Positions 1 through 13,420 are shown, numbered from the stretch's first letter. The stretch: 58,680 nt of DNA from Asterionella formosa (GCA_002256025.1 NKIB01013386.1:1-58680); one strand, 5' to 3'. The notes: a model not told the origin generated them from the sequence alone. Numbers and translations: made by a program.

Positions 1-214
1 ACAGAATTAACGGCTGTTCAAGTACGTGCGTATGCATGCGAATCTGCTTTTTTATGTACGGTAGCCTGGTACCTGTTACCCGGTGGCATAACAAGATGCA
101 TCTTTCGAAGGCCAACGAATTGTTATATATATCGGTACACAGGCAATATAGCCATCATACATCACAATATGTGCTATGTATGGTGAGGCTGGGCTAAGCA
201 CGAGGTACCAGGTA

Positions 215-994
215 AAACCTCTGGTTGAAAATAATTGCGTCGAATCGCCGGCACCACTGGTGTCTTTACTGTTCGCATATGAAGGATTACGTAGCCAACA
301 TACAATCTTTCTTCGTGAGAATCGGGTACTCAAAAAATGCGTTCGTTCTTAGTTACATACACTTCTGTTTCTGTAATTAAACTAATAGCAACTAAAAAAA
401 CTATTCGAAACCAATTTAACATGCATATATTAATTATGTACATGTGCATATCGCCACATCGCATTTTATATCGGCCAAAACCAAATACTTGTAGAACGAG
501 CCACTATCATAATTATAACATGAATAACAGTAAGTGTTGTTTTATGTGCTTTCTACAGTTGTTACACTTACATCAACCACACTGCCAGCTATTTTAACAG
601 TGATTTCCTCAAAACGAGCTTACCGTTGTTTTCTTCCTTCCCACCATTTTTGCAACTTTCGGGGTTGCGCATTCCATAATTGAACACAAGTCACCGTTGT
701 TCTACTGTTATATCCTACTTTGTAAGTATGTTGAGAATAAATGGTTCGAAGAAAAATGGGTTCTCATCGATCTGCATTTTGCTCGAGATAGCCATAAGTG
801 AAATCAAAAAAGCCCAAAAACATTTTTTTAATGTAGTTGCCAATTTTAAATTTATTAGATATATAAAATACATGGATCTGTAGCTTATGCGATTGCGCAT
901 GGTAGGGCAATTGAGCCGGTGATCATCGTAGGAATCAAATTGCGCCGGAGAAATTTTAACAATCACCACAATTATTTTCAACCAGAGGGGGTGG
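215..994. mobile_element. Non-autonomous TIR element (MITE-like) flanked by TA, inserted in a GGTACC site
   Basis: Left cctctggttgaaaataattg (218-237) is the reverse complement of right caattattttcaaccagagg (969-988). Flanks are ggtaccaggTA (left) and TAccagg (right). No coding capacity. Confidence 0.65.
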
Positions 995-1684
995 TACCAG
1001 GGTTAGCAGTATAATAAGTATCCTGGTAGCTAGAGCTGGAACGTGGTACCAGGTATCATAAGTGTGAATGCAATATCAAAAGATAAAATGCAAAATTATA
1101 ACTACGTGATACATTATTCTACTGTAGGCAGTAGGTTGGACAAACGGTTCAGCTGTAAATCACATTGACACCCCCCTCGCGCAAAGGGCCGGATTGAGGG
1201 AAGAATGAAGTGTGACAGAAGGGACATAGTATGGTGGGGCTAGACACCAGTGATGTTGTCAAGATGCGGGGCAAAAAGAATTCCGCCAGTTTTTTGGGTG
1301 ATGGCATCTGCTGCATTACCAGACACAGCATCTTCACGACCAATCAGATCGCTTTCTGCCCAGTCAATGAGAGCATAATGTCATATATCAATATGACAAG
1401 ATTACTTTGTGAAATGACCAGCATGGGCCATAAGCAAGACACCACGATTGTCTTCATTAAAATCGAAAAAATTATAAGTTTTGTACTACTAAATTAATTC
1501 TGAAGAAATCGGATGCAAAAGACAATGTATCAGATGTACTTACATTTTCGACATCGAACACATCGTACATACAACAAACCACGTATATACTTTGTACATT
1601 CCGTAATTATATATTATATAGTATGTATGCTTGGCATACATACTAATGGGTGCCACCAGTACTTGCATGTGTGTTTGTACAGCT

Positions 1685-2300
1685 GGCTGCCTGTTGTATG
1701 GGGTCGATGAGACAGCAACTCCATCTTGACCATGACGAAGTGATTGGTCTGAATATCTTCACGAATATTGACAATGAATCATTCCTATTTCGCACCTGTA
1801 TGTAGACTAACATAGAAGAAATTATCTTTGAATAATAATATTTTTTGCACTAGTAGCATCATTGACCACAAAAAGTTGAAGGTCGTCGTTTGCTCAGTTT
1901 TGAATATACGAACAAAAACGAGACATCGTTGAGTCTGTGGTGATTATCTTGATAACTTTGACGAGATAAGCAAGGAAGGGTTTTCTATGTTTTGTAGAAA
2001 TAGATGAGAAAACATGAGCGACAGTATTCTCAGAGAGGGCACAACATCTCAAGATGCAAGAATTACCTCTACGTCAATTTTGTAGTGAGTTTCATGTAAG
2101 CACTAATTGTCATGGTCCATTTTTCTATGAAATTTTGATATTGTCATTTAATAGTTTACTATGACATACATATAGATATATGACTAGACACTGCAAGTTC
2201 TTTACGTGAATTAAAAATTCGCATTGTGGAAATAATCACGAACTCCCCTGACTGACATTTTATGCATTTTCGGACACTTTTAAGCAAAAATTGTATTCTT
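1685..2300 (+). repeat. Dispersed repeat family A, copy 1 (non-coding, probably TE-derived)
   Basis: Collinear blocks (catcttgaccatga, gtcgtttgctcagttttga, catcgttgagtctg, gatgagaaaa, cacaacatctcaagatgcaaga) recur at about 31745-32365 and 37525-37960, and more weakly at 12240-12470. Confidence 0.75.
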
Positions 2301-3002
2301 TCCTCTATTGATGTTAGCAAAGATGAAGACAAGATGTACAGCGAATACAAAAACAACACCGGATCGCTTAGTGGAGGCTAGGTTATCTAAAAACTCGGCC
2401 TTCTCTAGGTCCTGGGAAAATCAACCTAAATTCCTCCAAGACCAGATCCTACGCTTGATGGCACATCTAAGCCGCGAAATACGCCACTTTGCGAATTCAA
2501 GATAAAAATTTTAGAGGACATATCATTGCGAAAGACAACTTCAATTCTAATTGTTTGATTGCAATCTGCCCTGAATTGATTGAGAAAAACGGAGCGAAAT
2601 GGATCTCGAGAAATATCGCGACATGATTCGTGAGGATGCAAGCAACAACCAACCTTAATGAGGACAAAACAGGTACAGAACAAATCATTTAATTTTGAAT
2701 TTGAAATGCTAAACTAAATATCGATTCGAATTAGTTGTGTGCTATCGGGCATGAATTGATGGAGAAAATTGAAGCGATGTGGTTGCTGGCAACTGGGTGC
2801 ATGAAGCATATCAACAATCATCCTTACCATCTATATTGTCAGCATTCAATATGAATTCTCTTATTCTTTTACATACAACTATATTTCGTATGAACTCTAA
2901 AGACATGAAATATATGAATAACATACCTGTTTTGTGAATATGTCTGGAATGGCAGCAGTGTGATGCTGAGTGTGTTGACCTCAGCTAATGAATAGGTATA
3001 AT

Positions 3003-3200
3003 GGTACCTGGGACCAGGTACCTGGGACCAGGTACCTGGTACTGGTATACAAGGCCTACCCAGGGCTATGATACATAATACCAGGTACCTGGTACCTGGT
3101 ACCTTGGGTCTTTGACGCTGCACTCAGACATACTAACAAATAGTTATACTGTATGGTACCAGGTACCACCACCAGGTACTCCTGGCTGGTAGGAACCAGG
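3003..3200. repeat. Cluster of (GGTACCW)n heptamer arrays
   Basis: For example accaggtacctggtacctggtacc at about 3080-3103. The same motif family recurs at more than 15 loci in the window. Confidence 0.9.
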
Positions 3201-5067
3201 TCGTCGTTACAAGTGTGAGACTGTAGGTTTGCCATGCCAGTATTTCCGTTTTCCCCTCGTTACAAAAGGAATTATACCGTTCGTACTGTGAAACTGTACT
3301 CATTTCTACGTGCATACTGTGGAACTGTAGGTTGCTTTGCCCTACCAGCATTCCCGTATTCCCCTTGTTACAATAGAATATGGCGTTCATACTGTGAATA
3401 TATAAAGAGTAAACATTGGCTGTGTCCTCTCCTTCTTGTCACATTTGTTTTAGGTCACACTTGTAGAATCAGAATTTGTCCCGACGAAGTAAGACTACGC
3501 CAGGTTTTTTCGTGTAGATTGTAGGTTCTGTTGGTACAAAGATGAAGTCATGGCTGCGCCAGGATTTTTGACCCCCTCTGAATTCACAAAGACAACATTT
3601 AACCACCACTGTGCACAATATGTTTTCAACATGGGGACGACCCTTAAATTTAGCATCCCCCTTCTAGCTTTTCAGCGCCTCACAATTACCAAATCCTTCA
3701 TCAGCCAAGAACTCACATATTGTTTGTTGCAACAACAGAAGGTGGAATGATGCAACATTGAGATCGTAAGCAATCGATGCTTTTAAGGCAAGATTTATTT
3801 GCTTGCTATTTGCTATCATATCACCAAGCGAGGTATAACTCATACTGATATGCTGTTGTTTTCAACATGATTCATTTGACATTTGAACAGGCCTTTTCAG
3901 AAATGGAGTGTTCTTTGGAAAGCATGAGTGATAGAAGGTGAAATGATACAAAATGGAGACCCACAATGGAGGCCTTTAAGGTAAGCTCAATATTCAGTTT
4001 TTGTCATTGTATCTGCAAAGTGAGCGATAAATCACATGGTTCTTTGATTGTTGTCTACATTTATTTTACATTTTAGCCGTCCCTTTCACAACAGGAGCAT
4101 TCTTTTGAACGCATCAGTGAGTTGTGGTGCTGCCTGGTTCATGCCGGTTTCTTCTTTCAATTCGACTGCCCCAAGAAACAGTTGAATACTGCCACATCTG
4201 TGCGTTGCTTTCTGCTGTTGCTAGTTCTATCATATGAATTACTGACACACTGTTGTAATGTAAAGAATCTTTGCAGGTCAATGAAGAAGTCATTTCAAGG
4301 ACAAGAAGGAAGTCAGTGTGTGATGCATTCATGTTGCAACTTCATACAACAATGATGCCTGTTCAAGAGTGAATAATTTCCCTTCTGAACGAACGGCTTC
4401 TCTTCGTCTTGCAATGTCCTTACAGATGTCTCATTATGCCTGCCTTCTCAAGACCGAAGATGCCATTCTGAAAGAACTGCTTTGTTTGATTGCATATCGA
4501 GATAAGTTTCCCGTGTAATGTGAAATACCGGTAGTTGAATTAGGAATCAACATTATTTGATAGTACTTTTAAAATACGTAAAAAAAATTAATAAATTACG
4601 TGAACTATATTATAGAATAACGTGAACAAAATTATAAGGCAATGTGAACTAAATTACAGAATTAATAGAAGTATTTCAAATAAATACGTGAAGGTGATCA
4701 CGTAATATATTGATGATTAGGAATGCATGCATGATACTCTGATCAAATAATTAATGTGATGTATTGAGATAGTATATAGATATATTCAAGTAAGCATTTT
4801 TTGGATGTGTTCAACTAATTCATGTGATCCATTCAAAATCAACTAGGCTTATTTACGTGATGTTCACTTCATGTAATACGAGGCTTAGATGCAGCACACA
4901 ACGACGACCACGTCATCACAGAACCTATCCAATCCCTAGCAACATTCCTATCACTTAGTTCCAACACCTCCACAGCCCAACAATTTATGACCAAATACCT
5001 TCAGCCTTTACTGAACTGTCAGGATCTATGTCTGAACCCATTCACAACTCTTTGCATTAGTCACTTA

Positions 5068-7492
5068 GGCCGTTGCTAACGGTGGACCAAAACGACAACC
5101 AAACAGTGTTTTGGTTTTGGCAACCCTAAAAAACAATGCTATTGGGAGTGAAAAACCTAACGCAAACGCATTACATTTAGGGGATTCCGTGCCCATATCC
5201 CAATAAGTTACCCAAATTCATTACGTTTAGGTATTTTTTCCAAAGTTGCCTAAATGTAGGATTCCATTTTGACTACTTTGAATGTAGTCACAAGAAGCCC
5301 AAATTATTATCGTCGTAGAATCACTACATATAGGATGCATCATATATATCATATTTATATACAACAAAAGCTAAATGTGCTCTGGTACTAGGTACCAGGT
5401 ACCAGGGTGCCACATTGGCAAGAAGAAGAACAACAACAAATCATCGCTGATTTCACCACAATCAACAATCGAGGATCATGAGCAGTGATCGACAGATGTT
5501 GTTATGTTCTTGTTGCTGTTGAGTACCTGGTAATATGTACTCGGAGTATATATTTACGACACTATAGTATATATACATACCGGTGTGTAGTTAGTCGGAT
5601 GACAAGATAGCAGCATAGAAAAACTAACTAATTCCCAAATAGGAATCTTAATATTTCATTTAAAAAAGTAGTCTAATAGAAATATTTTAACTTTTCTTAG
5701 AGCATCGCCACCGCATCGACCAAATACCAAAGCCAATTGCAGTTGAAAATATCAATACACGTCACTTGGTTGAGACATTTTTTATCAATAGTCGATTTTT
5801 TCATATTTTTTCCCACCGCATCGACCAAATCCTAGAATAGTCAAATCTCGCGCCGAAACTTTTAGCGAATAGAAATAGCACTAGAATGTTATTAAATGTG
5901 TATCGTTATATTAATTAACCCGATTACTACCAATAAGAAAATGATGGGACGCACTGTGTGGTTTGTGGTAGCATACCAGGGTACTCATCCATATCTGCCT
6001 GATGAAATGAGCAACGATAGCGACTCATCAGATGACGACCGCTCCTACACTTCCGTACATACCAGTTAAACATATACAGGAAGAAAACGAGAAAAGGCAA
6101 CCGAAGGAGGAGGCGGAGGATCAAAGGAAGTCGCTTAGCTACCGGTAGTCTGTACCTGTAGTTTTTTGAATAATTGTAGCACCACGTTTCCTGTAAATTC
6201 CTTATTCTTACGCAGCTAGTACTACGCCTATCTAAACTGCCCATCAAAAACTAATATGACTATGCATTTGTATATTGGTATTCTAGAATAGAAAAACCTT
6301 CCGTTTTTCCAATTAGCTAGAGTGATAGCCTAGCTTTCTAATCAATCATACTAGCATTGACATGTTATCTATATTATTTTTCCTTCATTTGGAATCATCA
6401 GTGGTGGATGACAGGTGGGACAGTGGAGTACTGGAAGCACTTGAATTATTGAGATGCAATTGGATCACACCTAATCCCTCCTTCATTTTTTCATTAAATG
6501 ACATTGCCTTTATTGGCGTGAAACCCTTTGTTAAATGGCACAACTCTCTTGGATACATTTTTTAAATACTTCGGCTGATTAATCAACCATCGACACAGTA
6601 AACTGTTGCACAATATACCCATGGCATGCAAGGGAAGAAGATATCGATTCTAGCCAGGGGCATGCAGCAGTCTGCTAACAATGACACGTCACGGTACACG
6701 AGGAACAATGCTGCCTTGACGAAACTTGCACATCGCTATCGATTGTTGCTCTTGACAGCGCCAAAATAATCCAACTTTGGTTTTGTCTGAAACCGACAAT
6801 GAATCATCCTTGTTGGCTGCTGCTGCTGCTCCTGCTCCCTCTGCGGCTCCTGCTCCTGCTGCTCCTTCTCATGTAGCATCCTGCTTTGACAACAATGGAT
6901 GACGATATCTTATTGGGATCGTCAAAGACTCGAAGGACAACATTTTATAGATAGCTGCCGGTATTATTCAAAGGTTTTTGTACTTAAGTTTATTATTTGT
7001 CTACATCAAGAGAGTAAGGTAAATGTGTGTTGTAAGCGTTTGTGGATCAATTCAACAGTTGACGTTATGTTGCCGGTGTGAGCCACAATCTAAACCAATA
7101 GAAATGCTCCTTTTATTTGGCTACGGTCGGAGTCTAATCGACCAAATACCTGATATTTGGTTGATAAGGGGGTCATTGTTGATCAAGACCAAAGCATATT
7201 TGGACTTGGTCGATGCGGTGGCTAAAATATTTTTGCTTTTTCGACCAACACAATGCATCATGACGTGTGATGACCTGCAACTTCAATTGGCTTGGTATTT
7301 GGTCGATGTGGTGGCAATTCTCTTTTAATGTTTTTGTCATCCTACTACGTCACAGTAGATGGGCTGTTGACAACATTTAGGATTTCCCAAACGCCGATAG
7401 CATCGTTTTTGCGTCAATTTGACGAAAACCAAAACCAATCCAAAAATAATAAGTTTTTGGGTTTTGGTTTGGGTCGATGGTTAGCAACGGTC
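5068..7492. mobile_element. PIF/Harbinger-like non-autonomous element (about 2.4 kb)
   Basis: TIR ggccgttgctaac (5068) and gttagcaacggtc (ends 7492). Subterminal inverted motifs ccaccgcatcgaccaaat (about 5708, 5812) and ttggtcgatg(c/t)ggtgg (about 7206, 7299). Left flank is TTA; the right flank (AAT) does not match. Confidence 0.55.
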
Positions 7493-7720
7493 AATTATGG
7501 TCTAACCAAGGGTCCTCGCGCATACAAACCACGCGACACGAAACGAAGGAGTTGAGACCGGGTACCAGGTACCAGTACAAAAACACAATGCTTATGCTAC
7601 CGGAAATCTTATTGTGTGCTGTACATGTGGAAAAATTGGTTGCACACACTAGTCTTTCCTTGGCGCAGAGGAAGTAGTCTGTAGCATAGCGCACTGACAA
7701 GGACGTTATATAGACAGCAA

Positions 7721-9364
7721 ATGTCTTCCTTCAAAGCTGCTATCCCGCGTCTCACCGTGTCGCGAGCACAACGCCTACTAGCTGCAGGTGCCCTTTCGAG
7801 TGAAGATCTCGTTCAATATTGTCATGCGCTTGTCGTGGGTGGTGAGGAACATTGGCGCCTGAATGCCTTTGTTCACGTTGTAGATCGTCTGGATTTGGTC
7901 TTCAAGGCACGAGAATTGGATGATAGAAGGAGGTTGGGGGAACGTACAGGTGCACTTCATGGAATTCCAGTCAGTGTCAAAGCCAACTTGGCAGTATCTG
8001 ACTTTAAATTGACGGCTGGGAGCAAGATCTTAGGGTCGGAGCATGCAGGAACGCCAACATGTGGCTACGATGCTCAGGTGGTCAATAAACTAAGAGCAAG
8101 TGGAGCAATAATCATAGGAAGTACAAATATGGATGAATTTGGAATGGGAAGTTTGGGTAATAACGCCGTGGTATCGAAATTTGATGGCTCGGGCGCTACT
8201 CGAAATCCAATGCCAATGATGCAACAATCTGCTTCCTACACCGATGCTGAGCTCGTCGACCTGATAAAACGACCATATGATTCCATTGTGGACGATCATG
8301 TCAAAGTTTCCGAATTTGATTTGATCTATTCATCCGGCGGCTCATCATGCGGATCTGCAGCATCTGTGGCTCATGGATCATCTTTGATTTCACTAGGTTC
8401 AGATACTGGGGGATCCGTGAGACTACCGGCAAGCTGGTGTGGTGTCGTAGGTTTCAAACCTTCGTACGGCGTGCTTTCTCGGCATGGTCTCGTTAGCTAT
8501 GCTTCATCCCTGGATACGGTAGGGATATTGGGACCCAGTGTGGATTGCGTTTCAATTGCATTTGATCAGATCAGAAACACAGAGGAGGATAACTGTCGAG
8601 ACTCGACTGGTAGTATTGTTGACGTTGGAATTCAACCAAGCACATTGAACGCCCAATTTTCATTGAAAGATATCAATATTGGAATTCCCGTTGCATTTTC
8701 AGTGGAAGAAACACCAGCATTTGTGGCTGATGCATGGTCGGCGGCTGCTGAATTGCTGGAAGCGAGAGGAGCAACGATTGTGGAAGTTTCCTCCTCCCAG
8801 ATATCACCTGAACTGATTCAAAAATCATTGGCTGCCTACTATGTTCTGGCAAGTGCGGAAGCTAGTTCCAACTTGGGTCGATACGATGGTTTGCGCTATG
8901 GCATCACTGCAAATGAAATCTCTGAGAATCCAGACATGACGATGCTGGAACGACAGTATGCAGCTACCCGATCCTTGGGTTTTGGCAAAGAAGTAGTGAG
9001 ACGAGTGTTATGTGGAACATCAGTATTGTCGACGGATCGTTTCCACACCTTTTACGAAGCAGCAGCCACACTTAGGGCCGCGGTGACGCAAGAGTTTAAT
9101 TGTTGCTTTGGTGATGTAGACGTTTTATTAACCCCGACCTCGTTGACTTTGCCACCTTTGCTTGGTCAGCCAATCAATCCCACAGAAACGTTTGCAAACG
9201 ATGCTATGACCACTCCAGTCAGTTTAGCAGGATTACCATCGATCTCGGTACCGACACGATTTTCTGATAATGGAACATTCAGGATTGGAATGCAACTCAT
9301 TGGTGGCCGTCTCTCTGAATTCAAATTGCTTCAGGTGGCAAATGCTCTCAACATTAACTTGTGA
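7721..9364 (+). CDS. gatA: Glutamyl-tRNA(Gln) amidotransferase subunit A (amidase signature family, probably organellar)
   Basis: 547-aa intronless ORF with GIPVSVKAN, GSTNMDEFGMGS, GGSSCGSAASVA and GSDTGGSVRLPASWCGVVGFKPSYG, plus the GatA-typical EASSNLGRYDGLRYG and GFGKEVVRRV. Confidence 0.93.
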   Translation: MSSFKAAIPRLTVSRAQRLLAAGALSSEDLVQYCHALVVGGEEHWRLNAFVHVVDRLDLVFKARELDDRRRLGERTGALHGIPVSVKANLAVSDFKLTAGSKILGSEHAGTPTCGYDAQVVNKLRASGAIIIGSTNMDEFGMGSLGNNAVVSKFDGSGATRNPMPMMQQSASYTDAELVDLIKRPYDSIVDDHVKVSEFDLIYSSGGSSCGSAASVAHGSSLISLGSDTGGSVRLPASWCGVVGFKPSYGVLSRHGLVSYASSLDTVGILGPSVDCVSIAFDQIRNTEEDNCRDSTGSIVDVGIQPSTLNAQFSLKDINIGIPVAFSVEETPAFVADAWSAAAELLEARGATIVEVSSSQISPELIQKSLAAYYVLASAEASSNLGRYDGLRYGITANEISENPDMTMLERQYAATRSLGFGKEVVRRVLCGTSVLSTDRFHTFYEAAATLRAAVTQEFNCCFGDVDVLLTPTSLTLPPLLGQPINPTETFANDAMTTPVSLAGLPSISVPTRFSDNGTFRIGMQLIGGRLSEFKLLQVANALNINL

Positions 9365-9544
9365 ACAAACTGGGGTGAGGTACTCGTATGCTGTCGACAA
9401 TCACCCTCGATCGCTACTATCTGGAACCTATTTCAAAAATTGCGTCACTACCTTATTAACTATTTCACACGAAATTAAGAGAATTTCACAGAGGCCATTG
9501 ACCTCGAACATTCAGCAAATTCGTTTCTTTTACTCGCAAACTGC

Positions 9545-10920
9545 TTACACCATTGTTTCTAAGGGAGGAAGGAGACTTCCACCAACTTCGTCCTTTCGCT
9601 TCCTAGCCCCTAAAACCGCAATGTCTTTAGTGCGAGAGGTATCAATCATTAAATCAACTTCCTCCGAATCAACTTCAGAATCAGTTGTCCAACCTTCAGA
9701 AATGAGGATGTGTGAATCCTGGTCATCATACGATTCGTTAAATTCCAAAAGTACATCCATTTGTGCTCCGGTTTGGTTCAGTCTATATGCGGTGGGAAGC
9801 ATGGAGTTGTATGGCGAGAGTGAGTCAGAGTCGGTATCTGCAAGAAAGTCTTTATGTTCACATGGGGTTTCGACACGGATTGGAGTCATATCGGGGCCAG
9901 AACCGGAACCACCCAATAGTGACAGATCCGGAGCCACTGTCGACTCAAATTCTTGATGGTCGTTGCGACTGCGTTGAATCTTTTTGAACCATAGGGCAGC
10001 ACCCATGGACGACAGAACAGCCACAGCCGCGAAAGAAAACAATACTATGGATCTTGTACTCAAGTTATTGCTGGATCCGGAGGCTGCGCCCAACGAGGCA
10101 CCGCCAGCACCAGTATTCACTTGTGAGGTGGTGTCAAGGTCGGGTGCGAGATAGATTGCCTTTACTAATCCTTCAACTTCTGCTACTGGGAAGAAGTCCC
10201 GAACGGAGGAACGAATGGTATAACTGATCAAGGCACTATCGGCTTTAGTTCCCACATAGACATCCATGATACCATTGACAATCGTGCATGTGTTTGCCGC
10301 GTTTACGGTGGAAGTACAAGTCACTGTTGGTAGAGCTTGGTGTGAGATGAAATTTCCCTCTTATTGTAGCGAAACAGTGTGGCATCGAACTTACTATCTT
10401 TGATGGGTGTGTCCACAGGCAGGGAGTCAACAGCCGTGATAACAATCGCGTCTGTAGCCAAGATAAGTCGCCGCAATCTTGCGCCGCAATTCAGAAACTT
10501 TGCGGCCAATGCATCATTTATGGCATACTCCAACGACGACTGCACAGCTGATGAAGAATAACTAGGGCTATTCTCTATGGAGTACGTAAAAGAAACTTCT
10601 TCCACCTGTTCATAATTGAAGTTTTTGGTGCAACTCTTGAGAGTTGCATCGGAATCATTCGCCGGAGCCATGCTGGGCGAGGTGATTGGCATGGTAAGAC
10701 CGTCTTCGTCCGCTAACGCTTGTGCCAAGGCAAAGATGTCCTGCAAGTTTCCATCATAACTTAACTTTTCATCGCCGCGTGCGATAGCATCTGCTCGTTC
10801 CTTCACTGTCTCGATAGCAGCCGCACTAATTTTTCTGGACAAGGAATAAAGTGCCCTATCCTGTGTTCCTGTCACCACCAGCGGAAGCACAAGAAGGAAT
10901 GATATCATAGCTTGCATCAT
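9545..10920 (-). CDS. Type I single-pass membrane protein with signal peptide, two exons (10920-10395, 10323-9545), about 434 aa, function unknown
   Basis: A 71-nt GTAAGT...CAACAG intron at 10394-10324 joins the two ORFs in frame (..PIKD-M-TCTS..). N-terminal hydrophobic signal, RRL motif, one TM helix (IVLFSFAAVAVLSSMGAALWF) followed by KKIQR, acidic tail. Confidence 0.8.
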
Positions 10921-11360
10921 CTTTGAGGTGCTCTGTGAATGGACGCTGAGCCAAATGAAAACGGTCCCGTTTTGACCCTACTTGTGAGACTTGCTGTGCT
11001 TGCACTCGGAGTGGAAGTAACAATAGGTGAGCTGACGGTATTTGCATGCCCTCGAGGAGAAAATTAAATATATATTAGGATATGGATGATTTTCTATGAT
11101 GGCTAATACCGGTATGCTTGTTTCTCAACAACGACAAGCAATTTCAAATAAGGAGCCAGGTATGGATTTATGATGGCATCAGTACCTGTAGTGCCCATCA
11201 TAGTAAGTATATATGGTGATGTCCAAGAAAGAGACAACGACAGTCCTGTGTAGTATGGGTACGAGGTACCAGGTACCAAGTCGATAAACAAATGTCGTAG
11301 GAGTAACATTCTATGCAGGAAAGCCGTTGCGACTTCAAATTTGAATTTTACCTCCGGGTT

Positions 11361-11603
11361 GGGCCTGTCTTTTCTTGGCCGAGGAAGTATGTACAGAAAA
11401 ATGTGGAACATATATAGTTTCTGTACGTAAATCTGTGGGAGATTTCGTCCACATTTTTTATAACTGCCAGTTCTGTCAGCAGCGGTTTTTCCTTGCTTCC
11501 GCCGTGATTCATTTTTGCGGCCCCTGCTTTCCGGAAAAATGTGGATAATTTTCAACACAGAAATGTTCAGAAACTGCGTTGAATTTTGTACCACTGCAGG
11601 CCT
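11361..11603. mobile_element. Short MITE-like element with internal inverted repeats (family C)
   Basis: aatctgtgggagatttcgtccacattttt (about 11430) is inverted relative to aaaaatgtggataattttcaacacagaaat (about 11535). A related segment lies at about 13990-14025. The ggcctg/caggcc ends are only weakly defined. Confidence 0.4.
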
Positions 11604-12573
11604 ACATAAATAAAAGATTCACTAGGAATGTCTAGTAGCGGGTACTCCTGCTAGGTACCACCAGTACCTGGTACAGGTACCTTTGTGGAGAGTTCCTGAG
11701 AGTTGAGGATATGTTACCTGGTACCTGGTGCTGGTGCTGGTGCTGTGTTGTCAAAGTGTGCTCGTCATCTACATACTGGTAGCTATGACTAACAGTCAAC
11801 TGAGCACATGATTTCATTCTGCTATAATGAGCTGGACAGTATAGCAGACTATTTGGAAGACCAATAGTTTGAATCGAACAATCAATGGTTATAAACTTAT
11901 GATCAATAAGTATGAGATAGACATAGATCTATGAATTTATGTTCTGACAAATGAAAACAGCATTTGGAAAAATAGTTTGTTTGATTACTCAAAAATCTAA
12001 CTACCCGTATACTTCATTGTCCTGGACCCCCCCCTATGGTTGCTGGACCTCACTGTACATTTTTCTCGAGGCGGAACCAAACACCCAATAATTTTCTTGT
12101 CGTAGACAAAGTAACGTACTATGATTCTTTTTGTCCTCGTAGGCACTAGTATATAATTATTTAGCTACCATTTTGCGATTCTTTTGTACATACAAAACAC
12201 AAGAGACGACAGGTAGTGGCTGTCAGCAGCTGGAGAATCCTTCATGATGTTGTCGCAACCTTGACCATGACGAAAATACGAATTATCTCCACGAAAATAG
12301 AGAACGACGCTTTGCTACTTGCTACCTGTATTAAGAACGACATGGAAAATACAATCGTAAAAGAAGTAAAGTAATAACACTAATAATGACAACGAAAATT
12401 GAGATCGCCGATAACAACATGAAGTCGCGTTTTCCTTGCGAGGTGAAGAACTCTCTCATTTTTCACAAGACGGAAATAATTGTCATGTTAATACATCTAA
12501 GAAAAATGTGCGCTATCCTGTAGAACTAAAGAAATTTACTTAGGTCCTTCTGAAAAAGGATAAAACATCATCG

Positions 12574-13420
12574 ATGTATTTAACAGGAGTGTATACATCA
12601 CATGAAATTGCAGCACTTTCAGATCAGGTTGTTGTTCGATATCCATTTGCAGAAGAGGATTTTTTCGCAATTGAATTGACTGGCATTCCTCCACATGTTG
12701 CACACCTTGCTGCCATAGAGCAAATGAGAGGTGACTTTCTCCGACTTGTTCCATCATTTCTTAGTGATTTTGAGAAAATGTTCAATGATCGAACTTATGC
12801 TGATGTCAATTCAGAAAATCGAATGGAGGCCATCATGGAAAAAATTATTGGGCAAAAGCTCCTTGGGTTGACTGAAGGACTAGACCAAGCAGCAACAAGG
12901 AGTTATGCTGCATCAAACAACGCAACAACTCCAAACAACCAGAAATCATCCTCATGATGGATTATTCTGGAGAGTTCCAGTTGGATGGCAGTTCCCGCTT
13001 TGTACTGTACTATCTGTTGCTTACTGTTTATGGCATATGGGAAATGACAGGAATAAAATTGGTTCATTAAAGTTTTTAGACAATCGTGATGTCACTTTTG
13101 AGACTGTCACAAAGGCGAATGCTGATGGTGCCAATGGTGAAGAGCAAGTTGTTGTCTGTAAAGGATGCAAAAGTGGGATCAAGTATTTAGATGAGTTCAG
13201 GAAGATAATGAAAAGATTGGATGGCAGAGCAACAATCGAGGCTTCCTGCAACCTCCAATTACAAGAGAAAATGTCCTTGTTGCTCTTGAGCAATGCAAGG
13301 ACTGTCTTGGCATTTCACCTGTGACTGCTCAAGGGAGGAAGAGACGTGTTGCAAGTCTGAAGTGGAGCACTGCTTTTAGACAATGCCTACAGAGAAAAAT
13401 GTTGAAAGAAGTTGTGGCAC
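12574..13420 (+). pseudogene. CryptonS-like (tyrosine-recombinase transposon) C-terminal remnant
   Basis: LTGIPPHV, then after a frame break FWRVPVGWQFP..AYCLWHMGND..IGSLKFL, YLDEFRKIMKRLD and RKRRVASLKWST. This order resembles the C-terminal region of stramenopile Cryptons as I recall it. The YR catalytic domain is not visible. Confidence 0.55.

Noticed and set aside
2869..3390. Short ORFs rich in VPGTRY/YLVPG
   Set aside because: They are translations of the GGTACCW arrays, not proteins.
3550..4520. Spliced gene remnant (possible intron gtaag..ttttag near 3981-4076)
   Set aside because: Multiple stops and no recognisable motif; no product can be assigned.
9270..9956. 228-aa + strand ORF
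   Set aside because: Antisense shadow of the membrane protein gene, overlapping the gatA end, with no independent motifs.
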